64,000 nt of DNA, from NCBI GenBank assembly GCA_964470695.1, contig CAYYDR010000001.1:465997-529996 (forward strand), in the 5' to 3' direction. Every line of letters begins with the position of its first letter. Within the stretch, counting starts at the first letter, position 1. The notes under the pieces are model-generated. The model saw nothing but the letters and a program-made list of their open reading frames with translations, was not told where the DNA came from and ran no database searches. The DNA comes from an uncultured Gammaproteobacteria bacterium (GTDB lineage Bacteria > Patescibacteriota > Patescibacteriia > Patescibacteriales > UBA12465). Below are positions 34,778 to 44,572 of this stretch, piece after piece. The position numbers were made by a program, and so were the translations under genes.

Positions 34778-34804
34778 TATCTTATTTTATTATATCGGAG
34801 TTAT

Positions 34805-37063
34805 TTATTGATTTAAGTTAATTTTATAGATTGCTTCGCCGTCCAAGAAGTAGGCTGTTTTGCCTGGTTCATCAATAGCTAGATCTTTAGGTTGGGCTAA
34901 GGAATCTACTTGGTACTGATTTATAAGTTTGCCATCTTTTTTAGCTAGGACTATCAGGCGCTTAGAGTTAGCTTCAAATATATATATGTAGTTAGAGCCA
35001 ACAATTAGCTTACTGGCGTTAGTGACGGCTGGCGAGATAAGGGCGGATTGGTAATCGGCTTTTTTACTCATGAATAATTTTATTACTTCGCCATTATTTT
35101 TTAAGACATAGATATCGCCATCAATTATATATAAATCAACGGCCTGGCTCAGATCAATAACTTCTTTCAGCCAATCACTTTTTGAGCCATAGACGCTAGC
35201 CGTTTTGGCATATTTATAAATCTGATTATTATTTTTAGCGATAATATAAAGGAATTTATCCTGGTATATCTTAAAGCTAGTTAGTCCGGCCGCGGGGTCT
35301 AAATTTGGCACAGTCGTGCGAGTGCTAGCTTTAGTTTTAATATTGAATTGGACAACCGCATCATTATCCCAATAGTATAGACGATCTTTGGAATTAGAAA
35401 GAGGATTCATGAGATTATTCGCGCCTTTAATATCTAGTTTAGTTGATGAAGCGGAATTAGCCGTTAATTCATAGATGACCGGTCCGCTGGCGCCGTATAG
35501 TTTGCCACCGGAAAAGATCAGATTATTTATACCCATCCCGGCTAAGTCATTAGTTTTAGCAGCTTGGCTAATACGGATAATTTTTTGTAGCCTCTCTTGA
35601 TTGACCCGGAGTTTTTCCGCTAATTCGTCATAAACTTTTTGCTGGTCGGTTTTTTCTTTAGGCAGGGAGGCTAGCAGTGATTGAGCCTCGGTCAATATTT
35701 TAGCAGCCCCGGCCTCGTCATTATAGAGGAGGTGCGAGTCTATTTCATTGCCTTTATCTTGTATAGATGTTACTAAATTATTAAAATTAGTTTGGGCAAT
35801 TTTTCTATCTTGGCGCCAGTTAGTAATGAAGATGCTGCCCACAAAAATAATTATTACTAAGCTAAGTGAAACAAACAATAATCTATTTTTACTGTTAAGG
35901 CTTTTGAACCAGTTGAGCAGATTGGAAATGAACCCTGACCAAAGCTGGGCATTGAATAACCCCTTTAGCCCAGCAGTAAATTGGCTAAAAGAAGCTTTTA
36001 AGCGTCCAGTTTTTTTCTTGAAGAATATTTTTTCTTTAATTAAAAAGGAATCCGACCGGGCCATATTAAGGCTCTTTACAGTCCCTAGGTCTAGCGGCGG
36101 CTGATTTTCGTCATTTGATGGTTTATGATATTTCTTAAGAGCCGGCACTAAGTTGGGCCTCAAGCCTTTTAATATCCGTCCAATATTTTTAGCTATTTTG
36201 GAAAAATTAATTAGGCCGGCGGGAGCCAACATTTGTTCAGTTTTTTGCTCCGTATAATTTAGGGACGAAATAGAACTATGAGCAGAGGAGTTATCTTCAA
36301 TTTCTTCTCTAGTTTCTTGGCCGGATAAGCCAGTAGTATTCTTAATAATTATTCCTAAGAAGGGAACATAGGTGTTTATTTTAGAGAGGACATTCTTGAT
36401 TTGCTCCGCGGCGGTAATAGGAGGGAGTTTAGTAATAATATTAATCATTTCTTTGCCGGAGAGATATTCTGGCAATGATTCACTAGCAAAAACGAAGTAT
36501 GAACCAACTGGCACCTCGCCGCTTATTACCGAAGAGAAAAGTTTAGGTATTTTTAATTGAGTCGCGTCCGTATCTAGGCCGGCCGTTTCGTTAGCCTCGG
36601 AAGCGCTCGCCTCAACATTTATTAACTCGTAATCGCTGCCATGGCGGTAAATTAATAGGGCGCGGTTGCGTCCGAAGTTAGCAAAATGTATTTTATTTTC
36701 ATAAACAACGCCGATGGTAATATTGGTAGCGGCCGGATTAAGCTTTATTTTTTCGTCTGTCAAAAAATCAGTGAGATTCTTATTGCTTTTGGTAATGGCG
36801 GCTTCAAAAATATTCTCTATTTTTAAGCCTTCTATTTTATCGCGAAATAATATTTTTTCGTCATTATAGTAGTTATTTTCTAGGGAGCTTATCAGAAAAT
36901 CAAAAATTTTACGGCCATCGGTTTTCTTGCCGCCTATTTCAGCGAGGATGAATATTTTTCCCGCTAAATTTTCTTTAAGCGAATCTGGCTGAGCGACATA
37001 AACATCACTTAACCCCGTCGTTTTAGCAGAGTTGAGGATGATTGAAGCGGTCTTGTTATACAT
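34805..37063 (-). CDS. single-pass membrane protein: cytoplasmic degenerate PP2C/SpoIIE-like domain plus extracytoplasmic beta-propeller-like domain
   Basis: FANFGRNRALLIY sits where PP2C has GDSR, and FASESLPEYL where it has SDG. One TM segment (LLFVSLSLVIIIFVGSIFITNW); repetitive beta-rich C-terminal half. Confidence 0.55.
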   Translation of the reverse strand: MYNKTASIILNSAKTTGLSDVYVAQPDSLKENLAGKIFILAEIGGKKTDGRKIFDFLISSLENNYYNDEKILFRDKIEGLKIENIFEAAITKSNKNLTDFLTDEKIKLNPAATNITIGVVYENKIHFANFGRNRALLIYRHGSDYELINVEASASEANETAGLDTDATQLKIPKLFSSVISGEVPVGSYFVFASESLPEYLSGKEMINIITKLPPITAAEQIKNVLSKINTYVPFLGIIIKNTTGLSGQETREEIEDNSSAHSSISSLNYTEQKTEQMLAPAGLINFSKIAKNIGRILKGLRPNLVPALKKYHKPSNDENQPPLDLGTVKSLNMARSDSFLIKEKIFFKKKTGRLKASFSQFTAGLKGLFNAQLWSGFISNLLNWFKSLNSKNRLLFVSLSLVIIIFVGSIFITNWRQDRKIAQTNFNNLVTSIQDKGNEIDSHLLYNDEAGAAKILTEAQSLLASLPKEKTDQQKVYDELAEKLRVNQERLQKIIRISQAAKTNDLAGMGINNLIFSGGKLYGASGPVIYELTANSASSTKLDIKGANNLMNPLSNSKDRLYYWDNDAVVQFNIKTKASTRTTVPNLDPAAGLTSFKIYQDKFLYIIAKNNNQIYKYAKTASVYGSKSDWLKEVIDLSQAVDLYIIDGDIYVLKNNGEVIKLFMSKKADYQSALISPAVTNASKLIVGSNYIYIFEANSKRLIVLAKKDGKLINQYQVDSLAQPKDLAIDEPGKTAYFLDGEAIYKINLNQ

Positions 37064-37095
37064 AGGAAATAAGGGTTGGAGACTTATTTTTTAGT

Positions 37096-37124
37096 TTGAC
37101 TGTTTCTCACGAATATTATACTAT
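37096..37124 (+). promoter_or_regulatory. promoter (TTGACT-17-TACTAT) for 37145..39645
   Basis: TTGACT at 37096-37101 and TACTAT at 37119-37124. Confidence 0.45.
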
Positions 37125-37144
37125 AAATTCATAAATAAAGAAAT

Positions 37145-37750
37145 ATGCTTGACGCTATTTTCGGCTCAGTGCTGAGGGTAAAAATTCTTAATCTTTTTCT
37201 GCTTTATCCGGAAAAAAAATATCAACCTCAGGCTATTGCCCGTGATTTTTCTTTACCGCTGGTATCTTTGCGCCATGAATTAGAAAATTTGCTTAAATTC
37301 GGGCTGATTATTGAAGAAGTGGCGGCTAGCAAAGAAGAAAATAAGAAGAAAGAATTGGTGAATAAATTTTATAGCGCTAATACTAAATTCTTGCTTTACC
37401 CGGAAATAAAAGCTTTGTTTGTAAAGGCACAGATTATGTTCAGTCAAAAATTTTTGATTGGACTGGAAAAAATTTGTGAGCCTAAATTTTTAGCTTTGAC
37501 CGGCCTATTTACTAATTATCCAGAAGCTCAAACCGACCTTTTAATAGTTGGCGCTATCCGTCGGCCAGCTTTTTTGAAATTAATTAAGGAACTGGAAAAT
37601 GACTTGGGCCGAGAGATAAATTATACCATTATGGATGAAAAAGAGTTCCGTTATAGGCGTGAAATAATGGACATTTTTTTATATAATATATTGGAAGGGA
37701 AAACCCTAGTTTTGCTTGATAATTTGGAAAAAAATAAATCTAGCCTATGA
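37145..37750 (+). CDS. putative winged-helix DNA-binding protein
   Basis: RVKILNLFLLYPEKKYQPQAIARDFSLPLVSLRHELENLLKFGLI is ArsR/MarR-like. Its stop overlaps the next start (ATGA). Confidence 0.45.
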   Translation: MLDAIFGSVLRVKILNLFLLYPEKKYQPQAIARDFSLPLVSLRHELENLLKFGLIIEEVAASKEENKKKELVNKFYSANTKFLLYPEIKALFVKAQIMFSQKFLIGLEKICEPKFLALTGLFTNYPEAQTDLLIVGAIRRPAFLKLIKELENDLGREINYTIMDEKEFRYRREIMDIFLYNILEGKTLVLLDNLEKNKSSL

Positions 37751-39645
37751 TAAAGAAAAAAATATTATCGGTTTGGCTCAAGATTTGGTTTGCCCTAAAA
37801 TACATCATTTTAGCTGCGCTGGCCGCCCTGGTACTAATGCTTATACTTTTAGGCAGCGCTTATTCTAATTTAAGAGAGGCTGCTACTCAGGGGTTAAAAG
37901 GTAAAGAGGTTTTAAGCGCCGCTGTTTCGGCTAGTCAAAATCAGGCCTGGGACGAGGCCCAAGTTAAGGCTAATGAGGCTCATAATAATTTTTCTGACGC
38001 CTTAGCCGCCTTAGATGCTAGTCGTTCCAACTCTATTATAAAAAATATCGGCCTAGTCAGAACTCAGATAAATGATTTAGAGTATTTACTTAAAACCGCT
38101 GATATTTTAACCCGCTCTTTACAAAGAATAATTCCTATCGCTAAGGATTTGAGTAGTATTAGTTCCGGCGCGGGACGTTCTAATTTTAAGGATTTACCCC
38201 AAGAAGATAAGGCTAGATTTTTACAATTGATTTATCAGTCGGAGCCCGAGCTTAATGGCCTAAGGGCTAATATTGATATTGCCTTGCTTAACTTAGATAA
38301 AATTCATAAAATAGGCGTATTATGGCCTGTTTATAGGCAGATTAGCAACATTAAAGAAGAATTAAGGGGCGTTTCTTCTATTATGAAGACAGCTTCGCCT
38401 TTAATTAAATTACTGCCCGCCTTATCCGGTTACCCAACTACCAGCCGCTTTCTTCTTATTATGCAAAATAGTGACGAATTGCGTCCTTCCGGCGGGTTTA
38501 TTGGTGTTTATGGTATTCTAGAAATAAAAAATGGCGAAATATTATCATTGGCCACCGACGATAGCTATCATCTTGATATGCCAGCGGCGCAAAGTGATAA
38601 ATGGCGGCTAGAGCCGCCAGAGGAACTTAAAAAATACTTAAAGGTTGAGAAGTGGTATTTACGTGACGCCAACTGGTTTGCTGATTGGCCGCAGTCAGCT
38701 GAAAAAATTCAAGAAATATATATGGGTGAGAAGGCCGCTACTAGCCAGCCCGCAGATCCCTTTACCGGAGTAATAGCCATTACGCCCGATTTAGTGGCTG
38801 ATTTAATTGATTTAGTAGGACCTATTACCGTTAGAGGAGTAACTTATAAATCAGATAATTTTCAGCCCCTACTGCAATATAATGTGGAAATTGCTTATAA
38901 GGACCAAAATATTTCTCAATGGGATCGTAAAGATATAGTGAATGAACTCATGGACCAATTAAAGGATAGATTATTTAATCTATCAGCCGGCAGCTGGAAG
39001 AGACTTTTTTCTATTATTCAAGAGAAGGTCGCCTCTAAAAGTCTGCAGCTATATTTTACTAACGCCGCCTGGGAAAATTTAGCCGGAGTTTTAGGGGCTG
39101 ATGGCCGAATCGCTAAAACTACCGGGGATTATTTAATGGTCGTTGACGCTAATTTAGGAGCCTTTAAGAGTGATGCGGTCGTTAGAAAAGATATAACTTA
39201 TAGCTTATTAGAAGATGGCTCTGGTTTACAGGCTATCCTGAAGCTTAATTATGACCATGAAGGAGTCTTTGACTGGCGGACCACTAGATATCGCAGTTAT
39301 ACGAGGGTCTATGTTCCCAGGGGCAGTAAGCTTATTTCTTTGCAGGGGGTAGACGAAGCTACTCGTGATTTATCTGTTAGTGATGATCTTATTCTAGACA
39401 AGACTAGTTTTAATTTTTTCTTTACGGTTGAGCCAGGTTCTGATAAGGAAATCATTTTAACTTATCGTCTGCCAGAATTTATTAGACGCCAAGCCAGCGC
39501 TAGCGAGTATCAGATATTAATTCAAAAGCAGTCCGGTCAGAGGAATATTGACTTAGTAGTAGATGTTAAGCCGCGTAAAGGCAATAAGTTAAAGTGGCAG
39601 GGCAAACTTGATGCTGATAAGATTTTTTCCACAGCCTCTAATTAA
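37747..39645 (+). CDS. DUF4012-domain membrane-anchored protein
   Basis: N-terminal TM anchor; MQNSDELRPSGGFIGVYG is the hallmark DUF4012 motif. Confidence 0.75.
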   Translation: MIKKKILSVWLKIWFALKYIILAALAALVLMLILLGSAYSNLREAATQGLKGKEVLSAAVSASQNQAWDEAQVKANEAHNNFSDALAALDASRSNSIIKNIGLVRTQINDLEYLLKTADILTRSLQRIIPIAKDLSSISSGAGRSNFKDLPQEDKARFLQLIYQSEPELNGLRANIDIALLNLDKIHKIGVLWPVYRQISNIKEELRGVSSIMKTASPLIKLLPALSGYPTTSRFLLIMQNSDELRPSGGFIGVYGILEIKNGEILSLATDDSYHLDMPAAQSDKWRLEPPEELKKYLKVEKWYLRDANWFADWPQSAEKIQEIYMGEKAATSQPADPFTGVIAITPDLVADLIDLVGPITVRGVTYKSDNFQPLLQYNVEIAYKDQNISQWDRKDIVNELMDQLKDRLFNLSAGSWKRLFSIIQEKVASKSLQLYFTNAAWENLAGVLGADGRIAKTTGDYLMVVDANLGAFKSDAVVRKDITYSLLEDGSGLQAILKLNYDHEGVFDWRTTRYRSYTRVYVPRGSKLISLQGVDEATRDLSVSDDLILDKTSFNFFFTVEPGSDKEIILTYRLPEFIRRQASASEYQILIQKQSGQRNIDLVVDVKPRKGNKLKWQGKLDADKIFSTASN

Positions 39646-39681
39646 TTTTTATTTAATATAAGTATAAATATTTAAATAACA

Positions 39682-39710
39682 TTGACTAAAATTGAAAAAT
39701 ATTATATATT
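39682..39710 (+). promoter_or_regulatory. promoter (TTGACT-17-TATATT) of the GHL15-like cassette
   Basis: TTGACT at 39682-39687 and TATATT at 39705-39710. Confidence 0.45.
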
Positions 39711-39738
39711 AAACAATCAGTATTTACTGATTGTTTTT
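39711..39738 (+). terminator. stem-loop (terminator of the DUF4012 gene or 5' hairpin of the cassette transcript)
   Basis: AAACAATCAG-TATTTA-CTGATTGTTTTT. Confidence 0.5.
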
Positions 39739-39804
39739 AAATAAATATAGTTTTTCTTTAACAAGTAAATAAAATATAAATATAAATGAGAAAGGAAGGG
39801 AACA

Positions 39805-40836
39805 ATGAAAAGGTTGAATTTAGTTATTTTGTTTTTTATTTTTTGTGCGGCCATTCCTAATGATAATGAGCCGAAAAAAATAAAATCAGCGGCATATTGG
39901 ACAAGTCCAATAATGTCAGTAGAACAGGCTATTGCTCTATCGGTTAATAAATATGATTTTGTAATCGCTGATTACGAAAACATGTTTAATAACCACGGTG
40001 CACTAGACACTTTAAAAAAACTTAGCCCAAATACCAAGATTTTGGCTTATGTTAATCCAACAGAAATCTTTGCCAAGCAGTTGCCTAACAGGCCGCTACA
40101 AAATTCTCTTATTGAGAGAATAAACCAGAGATACCCCGCTTGGCTATTAAGGGATAAGTCAGGACAGAGTATCGTTTTTTATGAGGGAATGAAGATGATG
40201 AATATATCATCTGTTTGCCCCAAAATAAACAAGCGTAATTACAGCGAATGGCTATCGGATACCCTTATTCATAAAGTCTATTCCGACCCTATTTGGGATG
40301 GCACATTTTTGGATAATAACGGCAAGACCGTTTCCTGGGTAAATTCGAGCATTGACGCCAACAGTGATTGGCTGCCCGATTCTATGGCCGCTCTTGATGG
40401 ATGGTGGGAAGAAGGCTTGCGTAGTTTTCTTAAGAAAATTCGTTCCGTCAAAGGAAAAGGTTTTGTTATCATAGGCAACAAAGGCTCGGTTGATTTTACC
40501 GATTTAGTTGACGGGAGGATGTTTGAGTTTTTCCCCAATGACTATTTAGGCGGTAAAAAAGATGGCGGCTGGTGGCAATCAATGTCTAATGCTAGCCAGA
40601 CCGGGCCCTTCACCATTTTCATGGTTAAAGAAAAGGACTTAAATTTTGCCTTAGCCAGCGCCTTATTGCTAAACAATGTCTATATTGCGGTTGGGCAGAA
40701 TAATTCCCGGTTTTATCCTCAGCTACAGGAAAAAGTTGCCAAAGGCGGCGATATAAAACTGCAACGTCAACTTGGCGATGGCAAGACCATAGAAGTTGTA
40801 CCATCACAAAAATCCGGGGTTTTAATCAATAAATAA
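39805..40836 (+). CDS. secreted GHL15-like putative glycoside hydrolase (TIM-barrel type)
   Basis: Signal peptide. Collinear similarity to the N-terminal half of 60958..62976 (..DFVIADYEN../..DLLILDMET.., KILAYVNPTEI/IILAYITSQEI, WDGTFLDNNG/WDGVFYDNTW). SD AAGGAAGGG. Confidence 0.55.
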   Translation: MKRLNLVILFFIFCAAIPNDNEPKKIKSAAYWTSPIMSVEQAIALSVNKYDFVIADYENMFNNHGALDTLKKLSPNTKILAYVNPTEIFAKQLPNRPLQNSLIERINQRYPAWLLRDKSGQSIVFYEGMKMMNISSVCPKINKRNYSEWLSDTLIHKVYSDPIWDGTFLDNNGKTVSWVNSSIDANSDWLPDSMAALDGWWEEGLRSFLKKIRSVKGKGFVIIGNKGSVDFTDLVDGRMFEFFPNDYLGGKKDGGWWQSMSNASQTGPFTIFMVKEKDLNFALASALLLNNVYIAVGQNNSRFYPQLQEKVAKGGDIKLQRQLGDGKTIEVVPSQKSGVLINK

Positions 40837-40853
40837 AGATTTATTACCTCGGT

Positions 40854-40881
40854 AAGGCTGATCCTTAATCAGCCTTTTTTT
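40854..40881 (+). terminator. intrinsic terminator after the GHL15-like cassette
   Basis: AAGGCTGAT-CCTTA-ATCAGCCTTTTTTT. Confidence 0.75.
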
Positions 40882-40911
40882 ATAAGTAATTTTAGTGTAT
40901 TATATTAATAT

Positions 40912-42195
40912 ATGTTAGAAATTTTATTAGTTTTGGCCGCCCTGTCTCTTTTTTTAATATTTGCAATTAAACCAGAGCTTGGTCTTTATGTTCTGGCTTT
41001 TTTACTTCCTTTTATTGGATGGTCTTTTAATATTGGCCCCCTTAATATCCCCTTGGTTGATATAATAGGCCTTTTAGCCCTAGTCGCTTTTGGGGCGAGA
41101 ATATTGTTTGGTTGGTTTTTTGAGCCAAATAAAAAAAGGAAAGTCAGTTGGCCGCTGTTTATTCCTTTTTTTATCTTTTTTTCCATTAGTCTTATATCAT
41201 CAGCCGCCTCTAGCCATCCCTATCAATCATTATGGTATTTCTTTCGTTGGCCCGCTTTCCTTTATTTAGCTTATGTATTTCTGCCATATAATTTAGTGAC
41301 TAGCGGCAAGATATTAAAAAGAGCGGTTATTGCCGTGGCTCTTTCCTCAATATTAGTTCTAATTAGTGGATATTTATCTCTTTATGGCCAGGATTGGCAT
41401 GATAGTTTTTTTAGAATAAGATCTCTAGGTTTTTTTGGTATTTTTCCCTTTGGCGAAAATCATAATCTAGTCGCGGAATTTTTAAATGTTGGAATATTCA
41501 TAATATTAATGATGCGGTTTTTGATTAAAGAGCAAAGAGGAAAAAGATGGTTGGATATATTTTTTATTTTGATGGCGCTGGGGATAATTTTAACTTTTTC
41601 TCGGGCCGGCTGGATTACGCTGTTATTACAATCACTAGTCTATGGTTGGTATTATTTTCGATCTAAAAATTATCAGCCGGCTAGCTTAGTTATATCAGCG
41701 CTAGGAATATTAATTATGTTGTCTCCGCTAGTATGGAAAATGGGGCAGTTACAACAAGATAACGCCAGTTCCACTGAAAACCGCTGGTTATTAACAGAAA
41801 TTTCTGTACAGGCTTTTAACAATAAACCTTATCTCGGTTATGGTAGCGGCCAGTATATTAATTTAGTTGATAGTAATATTCGTTTTAAAGCTAAATATGG
41901 GGAAGCAATAGATTCTCATGGCGTTTTGCAGAAAGTTTTAGCGGAAAATGGTGTTTTTGGTTTAGCTGCTTGGCTATTTATAATGGCTGAATTATCAAAG
42001 ACGTCTTTTGTGTCTTTGAAAAAATATTATCACAAACAGCCTTGGCTGCTACCCTTAATTTTAGCTGGAGCGGGTGGTTTATTTTTTCAATTTTTTAATA
42101 CCTCGTATTATAAAGGTAAAGTATGGCTGCCAATTGCTCTCGCTTTGGCCGCTATTAATATTTTAGATAAGAAATATGGCAGAAAGAACGGGTAA
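40912..42195 (+). CDS. O-antigen ligase/polymerase-like (Wzy_C) membrane protein
   Basis: About 11 TM segments; FSRAGWITLLLQ loop motif. Confidence 0.8.
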   Translation: MLEILLVLAALSLFLIFAIKPELGLYVLAFLLPFIGWSFNIGPLNIPLVDIIGLLALVAFGARILFGWFFEPNKKRKVSWPLFIPFFIFFSISLISSAASSHPYQSLWYFFRWPAFLYLAYVFLPYNLVTSGKILKRAVIAVALSSILVLISGYLSLYGQDWHDSFFRIRSLGFFGIFPFGENHNLVAEFLNVGIFIILMMRFLIKEQRGKRWLDIFFILMALGIILTFSRAGWITLLLQSLVYGWYYFRSKNYQPASLVISALGILIMLSPLVWKMGQLQQDNASSTENRWLLTEISVQAFNNKPYLGYGSGQYINLVDSNIRFKAKYGEAIDSHGVLQKVLAENGVFGLAAWLFIMAELSKTSFVSLKKYYHKQPWLLPLILAGAGGLFFQFFNTSYYKGKVWLPIALALAAINILDKKYGRKNG

Positions 42196-43288
42196 TAAAA
42201 TTAAGATAGCTTATATTTTACCGACTTTAGATAAAGGCGGGGCGGAAAGATTTTTGTGCGATTTAATCCTTAATCTTAATCGTGAGCACTTTGATCCCTT
42301 GCTGATATTATTCAAGCGGGGCGGGGAGTGGCTGGAAGAATTAAAAACAGCTGGCGTCCCTTTTGTCCTGCTTGAAAAAAAACATAAATTTGATTTGGGG
42401 AACTTTTTTAAAATTTTTTCGGCTATTAGAGAGTTTAAGCCAGATATAGTCCACACTCAGCTAGGCGGCGACATTTATGGCCGTTTAGCCGCTAAAATAT
42501 TAAATATTTCAGTTATTATTTCCACGGAGCAGAATGTTAATCCTGATGAAAACTTTTTTTTCAGCCTTTTAAAAAGACTAGGTAATAGTTGGTCTAATAA
42601 AATTATAGCGATATCACAGTCAGTTAAAGACGACATTATTAACCGCTATAAAACTCCCGCGACTAAAATTACCATTATTAATAATGGCGTAGCCTTAGAT
42701 AAATTTATTAGAGGTGAATCGGATATTACTAGAAATGAGGCCATGAAGAGAGGCTATCTAGTCTTCGGAACTATTGGGCGTTTAAGTGAACAAAAAGGCC
42801 ACTCAATCTTAATAGAGGCCTGGTCAAAATTAAAAAATCAGAATTGCCGGTGTTTTATAGTCGGAGCCGGCCATTTAAAAGCTGAATTAGACGGACAAAT
42901 AAAAAACTTAGGCTTGAGTGACCACGTTAAATTAATTGGCTTAACTTCTGACGTTCCATCTTTCTTAAAATCTCTTGACGCCTTTGTTCTTCCTTCGCTT
43001 TGGGAAGGGCAGGGCTTAGTCCTCGCTGAAGCCGCTTTGGCTCGCCTGCCAATAATCGCTTCAGCCGTTGATGGTATAAAAGAAACGTTTGATGAAAGTA
43101 ACGCCTGGTTAGTTCCGCCTAGCGAACCGCAATTATTAGCTGATAAGATAGATAATTTAATTGATAATATAAACTCACCGCGTACCATGGAAAAAATTAA
43201 TTTGGCCCAAAAAATAGCGTTAACCAAGTTTGATATAAAAGATGTTGCAGATCGCTATGAGTCCTTATATAATAGCTTGTTAGAATAA
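42176..43288 (+). CDS. GT4-family glycosyltransferase
   Basis: LDKGGAER N-terminal motif and C-terminal SLWEGQGLVLAEAA (EX7E). Confidence 0.9.
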   Translation: MAERTGNKIKIAYILPTLDKGGAERFLCDLILNLNREHFDPLLILFKRGGEWLEELKTAGVPFVLLEKKHKFDLGNFFKIFSAIREFKPDIVHTQLGGDIYGRLAAKILNISVIISTEQNVNPDENFFFSLLKRLGNSWSNKIIAISQSVKDDIINRYKTPATKITIINNGVALDKFIRGESDITRNEAMKRGYLVFGTIGRLSEQKGHSILIEAWSKLKNQNCRCFIVGAGHLKAELDGQIKNLGLSDHVKLIGLTSDVPSFLKSLDAFVLPSLWEGQGLVLAEAALARLPIIASAVDGIKETFDESNAWLVPPSEPQLLADKIDNLIDNINSPRTMEKINLAQKIALTKFDIKDVADRYESLYNSLLE

Positions 43289-43290
43289 AA

Positions 43291-44514
43291 TTGATTATGA
43301 AAATATTACAAGTTAACCAATTCTATTATCCGCGGGGCGGGGCTGACGCCTATTTTTTAAATTTAACTAAAGATCTAGAGAAAACCGGCCATCAGGTAGC
43401 AGTTTTTTCCATGCATCACCCCCAAAATTTAAATAGCCCTTGGAGTAAATATTTTGTCTCCCGAGTCAGTTTTAATGAAGCGACTCTTCGTGATAAATTA
43501 AAAACACCGGGCCGAGTTTTGTATAGCCTAGAAGCTAAAAAGAATTTTTCGCGTTTACTTGATGATTTCCAGCCAGAGATAATTCATATTCATAATATTT
43601 ATCATCATCTTTCCCCCTCAATTCTTGATGCCGCTAAAAAAAGGCGGATACCGGTAGTTATGCATCTTCATGACTATAAATTAATTTGTGCTAATCACAC
43701 CCTTTTTACTAAAGGCGCCTTATGTGAACGCTGTTGTCCTAATAAATACTATAATTGTCTTTTAAATCGTTGTGTTAAGAATTCCTGGTCGGGTAGCGCT
43801 TTGGCCATGCTAGAAATGTATTTGCATCATTCCTGGTTAAAAATTTATGAGAATAGCGTTGATATATTTATAGCCCCTAGTAAGTTTATGAGAGATACCG
43901 TAGTTCGCTTTGGTCAGGAGGCTAAAAAGATAAAAGTAATCTATAATCCATATAATAAAGAAATGGCAGGGGAATTATCAGAAGAAGTAAAAGGGTCTGG
44001 GGCCTATCTGCTTTATTTCGGGCGTTTAAGCGAGGAGAAGGGTCTGGAAACATTAATAAGAGCCTCAGCTCTGACTGGCAAAATGGTTAAAATGGCTGGT
44101 GTTGGTCCAGAATTAAACAAATTAAAGTTATTAGCCACTAATTTAAAGTCTCCGGTTGAATTTTTGGGATCAAAAAATGCCCAGGAATTGACCACGTTAA
44201 TTAGGGGGGCTGAGGCAGTGGTAATTCCGTCTATTTGGGGAGAAAACATGCCCTTAAGCCTTTTAGAGGCCTTGAGCTTAGGACAAATAGTCATTGCTTC
44301 TAATATTGGCGGTTTACCGGAAATAATAAAGCATGGGCAGAATGGCTTATTGTTTAAACCCGGAGACTATCAAGATTTAGCCGGCAAAATAGGAGAATTA
44401 GCCAGTCTTGATCGGACGGCTATTTCCGCTTCCGCCCGCCAGAGTATTGAGTCTTTGTCCCCCAATAATAATTTACACGAAGTTTTAAATATTTACCAAA
44501 AGTTACTAAAATAG
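43291..44514 (+). CDS. GT4-family glycosyltransferase
   Basis: FYYPRGGAD and SIWGENMPLSLLEALSLG (EX7E). The first ATG is at 43297. Confidence 0.9.
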   Translation: MIMKILQVNQFYYPRGGADAYFLNLTKDLEKTGHQVAVFSMHHPQNLNSPWSKYFVSRVSFNEATLRDKLKTPGRVLYSLEAKKNFSRLLDDFQPEIIHIHNIYHHLSPSILDAAKKRRIPVVMHLHDYKLICANHTLFTKGALCERCCPNKYYNCLLNRCVKNSWSGSALAMLEMYLHHSWLKIYENSVDIFIAPSKFMRDTVVRFGQEAKKIKVIYNPYNKEMAGELSEEVKGSGAYLLYFGRLSEEKGLETLIRASALTGKMVKMAGVGPELNKLKLLATNLKSPVEFLGSKNAQELTTLIRGAEAVVIPSIWGENMPLSLLEALSLGQIVIASNIGGLPEIIKHGQNGLLFKPGDYQDLAGKIGELASLDRTAISASARQSIESLSPNNNLHEVLNIYQKLLK

Positions 44515-44527
44515 ATTTTACGGTAAC

Positions 44528-44558
44528 AAAAAACACCGGTCTAAAGCCGGTGTTTTTA
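44528..44558. terminator. bidirectional terminator between convergent genes
   Basis: AAAAAACACCGG-TCTAAAG-CCGGTGTTTTT. Confidence 0.75.
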
Positions 44559-44572
44559 TAGATGAGATTTAT

